A DNA stretch of 64,000 nucleotides from Chiloscyllium plagiosum (taxonomy: Eukaryota), in assembly GCF_004010195.1 (NCBI RefSeq), contig NC_057718.1, positions 62,892,225-62,956,224 of the forward strand, in the 5' to 3' direction. The notes below the pieces were generated by a model that had not been told where the DNA came from, made no database searches, and saw nothing but the letters and a program-made list of their open reading frames with translations. Each line of letters begins with the position of its first letter. The first letter of the stretch is position 1. Below, piece after piece: positions 62,036 to 64,000 of this stretch. A program made the translations under genes and the position numbers.

Positions 62036-63163
62036 ATTACTTTCAAATTACTGTTTTGATTTACTTAGACATTCCATGTCAAATTGGCATTAAGACAATT
62101 GAATAGTTAAAATGAATTCTGTTTAATTTGCTGAATTCAACACCATTGTATAACTACAAAAATATACATAAATTAATTTTAAAAAGATGGAGGTGACAAT
62201 TAAGTTAGGATAAATTGAGAACACTAAATGAGTGTATTTAGCCTTTTTCTTTGCCAATTTTTGAAATGCATAAGCTGCAAGTCATTACCATAGACACAGA
62301 TGTACAAGTAAACTTTGAAGTCTCAAAAATCCTCTAAAGTCAGGGGTCGACTTAGATTTAGAGGATTAAAAACTGAACCCTCAGTGCAACTGTTACATGT
62401 GGTCACGTCTTAAAATTTCGCATGCCTTCACAAGAGGCTCCATAGCATCAATTTGACGTTTTGCACCCAGTTATAGCATTTACTGTGGGTGAAAAATTGT
62501 GGATGACTACTAATATGAATATAGCATGCCATGGCTGTAAAGGGGATCAATTATATATACAATATATGCAAAAACATGACTTTGAGGCTGAAGAAATGGG
62601 GCACCTTATATAATGTCTTGACTGATATGCTGCAATGCATTGTTGGATTATGGGACTGAAAACCACAAAGCTAAGTCAACTTGCTGTGGCAACACTTACT
62701 GACAGCCCAGTGTCTGCATCATCAATGATGAATGGGTTTGAGACAGTGCTGCAGCAGTGACAAAGTCTGCAGCAAAGAGAACAAAGAAACATTGGTTTCT
62801 CATGTGTATCATGCAGCAACTGGGAAATTGTAGTTAAGGCATCACCTTTACTTTCATGGGTAGAATGGGATACGTATTTGGTACCATTATCAAAACGGAT
62901 GTACATACCATCAGCCACTGGTTAAATTATTGTTGGATTAATAAGAAATTTAATGGGAGGACTTCAACTATGTTTTTACACCTTCCCCAAATAAAGCTTC
63001 TGCAATCAAGCTATTATAGCCGGATTTGAAATGGGACTTCATCTGCATTTTTAAAAGTTGCATTAATCAAGGATTGCATGAAAATCTTTTTAAGGCATGA
63101 ACAGCAGCTCTCATGTCCTCTCAGTACTGAGACAAGGAAATAAAACACTACATAACCATTCAA

Positions 63164-63670
63164 CCTTAAAAGTCACATAACACCAGAGTATAGTCCATTA
63201 GGTGGGTGGTTGATGAAGGAGCAGCACACCGAAACCTAGTGCTTCCAAATAAACCTAAAAATCACACAATTGTAAGACACAGAATTTATGGCAAAAGTTT
63301 ACAGTGTGATGTAAATGAAAGTATAAATTGAAAAATACCTTGATTGTCTGTTGACAAGAGACAATCAAGGTATTTTTCAATGTATAATTTCAGTTACATC
63401 ACACTGTAAACTTTTGCTATAAATTCTGTGCCTTACAATTGTGTCCTCCATAACCATCTGATGAAGGAGTGGCGCTCCGAAAGCTAGTGTGCTTCCAATT
63501 AAACCTGTTGGACTATAACCTGGTGTTGTGTGATTTTTAACTTTGTATGCCCCAGTCCAACACTGGCATCTCCAAATCATGTCAAATAAACCTGTTGGAC
63601 TATAACCTGGTGTTAAGTGATTTTTAATTTTGTACACCCCAGTCCAACATCGGCATTCCAAAATCATGAC
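63164..63670. mobile_element. Composite fold-back plus tandem PLE element (family B)
   Basis: Inverted arms ~63265-63349 / 63359-63443; duplicated 3' tail 63497-63580 and 63584-63668; imperfect TSD taacca(t/a)tcaa at 63153-63163 and 63671-63681. Confidence 0.85.
63455..63489 (+). ncRNA. Minimal type I hammerhead ribozyme motif
   Basis: cat-CTGATGA-a-ggagt ggc gctcc-GAAA-GCTA^gtg; core intact, helices I and II can pair. Confidence 0.75.
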
Positions 63671-64000
63671 TAACCAATCAATACAGGCTATAAATTTCAA
63701 AATCATACTCATTAAAAAGAAAATATGAAGCAGTGCAAAGCTAGGAGAGCAAAATGATGAGAGATTTTAATTCACACATCTGGTTCAAAGTAATAGTGGC
63801 AACATTACTTGATCTTTCAGCAATGAGCCCAGACTAACAGTATAATACAAAATTTGGGACTTCCGAAATTCGTGAACTACTTCCACATCCCTTGAATTTG
63901 GTAGAACAAGTATCATGGGAGATTGTCACAAATATTTAGATGCCCAGCTCTAGAGATGTCAACCCTTCCGACAGAGGCACGCTGTGGATCATCCCTACTG

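Noticed and set aside
62340..63120. Possible pogo/Tigger DNA-transposon relic
   Set aside because: Only a short ggggtcgactt motif; no TIR pair or recognisable transposase motif.
1..64000. CRISPR arrays, operons, intronic snoRNAs
   Set aside because: Eukaryotic intron-exon DNA with no repeat-spacer array. Scattered TGATGA/CTGA motifs lacked convincing terminal stems by eye; a covariance-model scan would be needed to exclude snoRNAs.

Overview
Eukaryotic vertebrate DNA. The HE1-like SINEs, CR1 LINEs and Penelope families point to a cartilaginous fish, probably a shark (inference). The whole window lies inside one minus-strand gene, USP34. I traced 18 consecutive internal coding exons from 60811 down to 5843, totalling 2865 nt (955 aa). 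Splice phases are all compatible, one intron is GC-AG, and one exon carries a 16-His tract. The introns are filled with decayed CR1 LINEs, tRNA-derived SINEs, a Gypsy relic and Penelope-like element (PLE) relics. There is a 500-N assembly gap at 1712-2211. The most striking non-genic signal is a set of about 11 short fold-back (palindromic) PLE-derived insertions from several families. Most have target-site duplications (TSDs) and carry minimal hammerhead-ribozyme (HHR) cores on opposite strands, with one full-tail arm and one truncated arm, which suggests a distinctive double-priming integration route. There is also an intronic duplicate of half a USP34 exon that has become a pseudo-exon. Repeat family names come from motif recall, not database searches.
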